Assembly (NCBI RefSeq): GCF_036971445.1
Contig: NC_091470.1
Span: 161,634,001-161,698,000, forward strand
DNA from: Narcine bancroftii
Lineage: Eukaryota
Length of the DNA stretch: 64,000 nucleotides
Direction: 5' to 3'
A program made the position numbers and the translations under genes. The notes under the pieces are model-generated. The model saw only the letters and a program-made list of their open reading frames with translations. It was not told where the DNA came from and did not search any database. This document shows, in pieces, positions 60,660 to 64,000 of this stretch (position 1 is its first letter; the number at the start of each line of letters is the position of its first letter).

Positions 60660-62200
60660 ATGGAGTAAAAACACAAAGCTGGAGAAACTCAGCAGGTCAA
60701 ACAATGACCTTTATAGAGCAAAGGTTAAAAAAAATCTATGTTTTGTGCTTGAGCCCTTCATCGAAGAATGGATAAATGTCGGCAGGCATCCGAACAAAAG
60801 AGTAAGGGGTGGAGGTGTGGTTGCAGAGACAGGAGGTGATAAATGCAAAAGGGAGGGAGGAGACTGCAGTGATCAAGGGGAGAAGGGAAGGCTGGTTGAA
60901 TAGAGAGAGAGAAGGGGGGAAGGAGAACTAAAAAGGGGAAGGGAAGGGGGAGGGGGAAGAGAAGAGCAGGTTAGCAGAAACTGGAAAAGTCAATGTTAAT
61001 GCCATCTGGCAGGAGAATGCCCAGACAGAAAATCAGGCACAAAGGGAGCAGTAAGTCAGTCCTGTGGATACACAGGTGAAGAGTTGCTTTACTTGAAAGC
61101 CATTTTTGGGGCCCAGGACTGTGGAGGGGCCGTGGTCACAAGTATGGCATCTCCTGCGCCCAGGGAGAGGGCGCGATTGGTGGGGAGGGATGAGAGTCAT
61201 AGAGGGAGCAGTCCCTATGGAAGGCAAAGAGGGGAAGATAGTGGAAGACATGTCTGGTTGTGGGATCCTGTTGTAAGTCCTGGAAATTCCAAAAGATAAT
61301 GTGTTGGATGAGGAGGCCAGGCAAGTGGTAGGTGAGGATAAGGGAATTTAATGTTTGTTGTATCTGGAAACAGAGGGGACCAGGGGAGATGAATGGGAAA
61401 TGGAGGAAATGCTGATGAAGGCTAAGTTGATGGTGGTGGAGGGGAAGCCATGTTTGTGGAAGAAGGCAGACATTTCAGAAGATTTGGACTGGTCTTCCAT
61501 CTCCTCCATTTCCCGCTCATCTGCCCTGGATTCCTGTGCCACCACAGCTCCTCCCTCACCACAGTCCAGGGCCCCAAACAGGCCTTTCCAGTGAAGCAGC
61601 ATTTCACTTGTGTATCCGCAGAACTGATATACTGCATCCGGTGCTCCCTTTGTGCCCTTCTCTACATCGGAGAGACTGGGCGCAGATTGGGAGATTGCTT
61701 CGCTGAGCCCCTTCGCTCCATCCGCACCAGTGACAGAGACTTCCCAGTAGCCAACCATTCCAGTTCTGTTTCACGTTCCCATACTCGCATATCTGTCCCA
61801 CCAAGACCACCCGCAAATTGGAGGAACAACACCTGATTTTCCGTCTGGGCTCTCTCCAGCCAGATGATATTAACATTGACTTTTCTGGTGTCTGCCAACC
61901 TGTTCTCCTCTTCCCCCACCGCCCCCCAACTTCCCTTCCCCTTTCCAGTTTTCCTCCCTCCCTTCACTCAGCCATCCCTCCTCCCCTTGATCACTGCTGT
62001 CCACTCTCTCCTTTCTCCACCTATCACCTCCTGCCTCTGCAACCCCCCCCCCCACACTTTGGTTAAGATGCCTGTTGACATATTTCCTTATCTTGATGAA
62101 GGGCTGAAGCCTGAAACATTAGTTATGCATTTTTACCTTTGCCACATAAAGACACTGCTTGACCTGCTGAGTTTCTCCAGCATTGTTTTTACTTCAACCA
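60660..62200. mobile_element. Penelope-like element with two inverted 3' halves (minus 60660-61492, plus 61495-62200)
   Basis: Plus arm GPKQAFPVKQHFTCVSAELIYCIRCSLCALLYIGETGRRLGDCFAEPLRS...EEQHLIFRLGSLQPDDINIDF (GIY-YIG); both outer ends are the same 3' terminus in opposite orientation. Confidence 0.88.
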
Positions 62201-62494
62201 GACTTTCGTGTCTTACTTATGGCGTGAATTTCTTGCATAAAAGTCAGCTGTTAATGCACAGGAGACTGTAATCAGGGAAAAGTCAGTAATGGGATCCCAT
62301 GCCTAATTGGAAGGTTGTGGATTGACTTTTGGAATGATTGTGAGTGTATGTAGGGTTCAGCTCATTGTACGGAAGCCAGAGAGGAAGAGAACATACCATA
62401 CATCTTAAAGATCATTACTCTTACAATATCCACTAAATATTGTTCAGTGAGAATGATGAATGATGAAACTGCTTACACTAACCATCTGCGACTC

Positions 62495-62656
62495 CCATAT
62501 TCAATAGATGAAAGACTTGTCCTGCGTATGTATTGTTTGTCTGTATGTGTGCTACGTCTGGTTGTATGTCTGCATGTTTTGCACTGAGGACTGGAGAATG
62601 CTGTTTCGTCAGGTAGTACTTGTACAATCGGATGATAAATAAACTTGACTTGAACT
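62495..62656 (+). mobile_element. Rex/Babar-type 3' UTR remnant
   Basis: Homologous to 11290-11440; tail ATAAACTTGACTTGAAC. Confidence 0.7.
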
Positions 62657-63188
62657 TGGTGATTTCACTGCAGAATGAGGAATTCTCAATGCTTCTTGAC
62701 ATTTTTCTAAATATTTCTCGACGGCATTCGGGTACAGTTGGTGGTAATTCAGTTAGTGGGCAGGCTGGAGAGACATTAATCTAAGATATAATTACAACTT
62801 TGTCAGAGCCCAGTGATTTATACAATAAAATATAATCCTTATTCTGAAAACAGTTTTTTTTTCTTTCTGATGCTTGTTCAAGAGCAGAATAACCCATGAC
62901 CTTGTGAAAGAGCAAGAGGAAAGGCATCTGTGGTGACATAATTGACTTATTAAGTCTACTGCCTCAGTTTAAATGTGACAGCAGGACTAGATTGTTGATC
63001 ATTTAATTGCCTGTTCCCATGAGTCTTTTGGCTTTCCTCCAGCCCTCTGTGTCAATGGGAGATGTGACGTAATCATTGAGCATCCCTTTAACTGTTAGAC
63101 TTTCTCGATGTCCTGCTGGGGTGAGACCGTTCGGTGGCGCAAGCCAGAGGCAAATTTAGAGCCTGGATAAATAATTGGTTACTTAGAG

Positions 63189-63548
63189 CAGTGGATCTCA
63201 ACCTTTTACTTTCCACTCACATACCACCTTAAGCATTCCCAACACCACAGGTGCTCTGTGATTAGTAAGGGATTGCTTAAGGAGGTATGTGGGTGGGAAG
63301 AAAAAGTTTGAAAATCACTGTTTTAATCATACCTCATTGACTCGTTATGTGTAGGGTTTCATAACTCCAAAGGAAATGGGCCAATGACAATTTTTCTCAA
63401 GCAAAATATTTCAGTAACAATTGAGTTGAGAGCAGTGATTCTCAACCTTCCCATCCCACTCACCTACCACCATGAGCAATCCCTTACTAATCACAGAGCA
63501 CTGATAGGGATGACTAAAAGTGGGAAAGAAAAAGGTTGAGAACTACTG
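63189..63548 (+). mobile_element. Composite hAT MITE, full copy with TSD
   Basis: Perfect 8-bp TSD ACTTAGAG (63181-88 and 63549-56); units 63189-63320 and 63433-63548; 112-bp spacer. Confidence 0.93.
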
Positions 63549-64000
63549 ACTTAGAGTTTACTCGTTATTTTCCAATCTATTTTCCTGCTCATCTTAAATC
63601 TGGAAGCTCATCCTACAAAAGTGAAGTTAAGCATATTTTCACTTGTCTCGTTGGACACAATTAGCAATGGTCAAAGAATCAAAGCTTCAAGATGAAATTG
63701 ATTAGAGATGGTCATAAAGAAAAGTTGAAAAAACACTTTGTGCCAAAACTCACAAGTGAGCTTGGTGATACCTCTTCAAGCCTCTCGTGTTGCCTACCCC
63801 AGAGAGATGTAGATATTAAATCATTGATTATATTCAAGAGAAAGATTTTTTGTACGGGGGTGGGGGGGTAGACAAAGATCAGGGAAAATGGCAGGAAGTT
63901 GAACCTCAGGCTAAGGTCTGATTACCTTTGATCCCAGGCTTACTCCTTTATTCCAATTTCTTGTGTCATCATGCAAGTAATATGGCCCAGCCACTGGTGA

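Overview
Eukaryotic, repeat-dominated non-coding DNA (intergenic or intronic). The repeat inventory points to a cartilaginous fish, probably a ray or shark (inference): HE1-like V-SINEs, Deu-domain SINEs, CR1, Rex/Babar, L1, RTE and Penelope retroelements, solo LTRs, Chapaev3-like and hAT non-autonomous DNA transposons. I found no host protein-coding exon I can support; almost all short ORFs are chance or TE-derived. The only long ORF belongs to a young, TSD-flanked RTE/BovB-type LINE (13178-16576, minus strand) with a single frameshift. The most unusual structures are: (i) a TA-flanked short-TIR element filled by a 73-bp array with a 146-bp higher-order period; (ii) a composite hAT 'MITE of MITEs' in four copies, one with a flipped subunit; (iii) about ten Penelope-derived minimal hammerhead-like motifs with a U3 core, including a palindromic mini-element with one motif on each strand; (iv) two RTE-related SINE-like elements sharing a 5' fold; (v) several nested insertions resolved by TSDs. 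There is an assembly gap at 49975-50131. All family assignments are from motif recognition by eye, not database searches.
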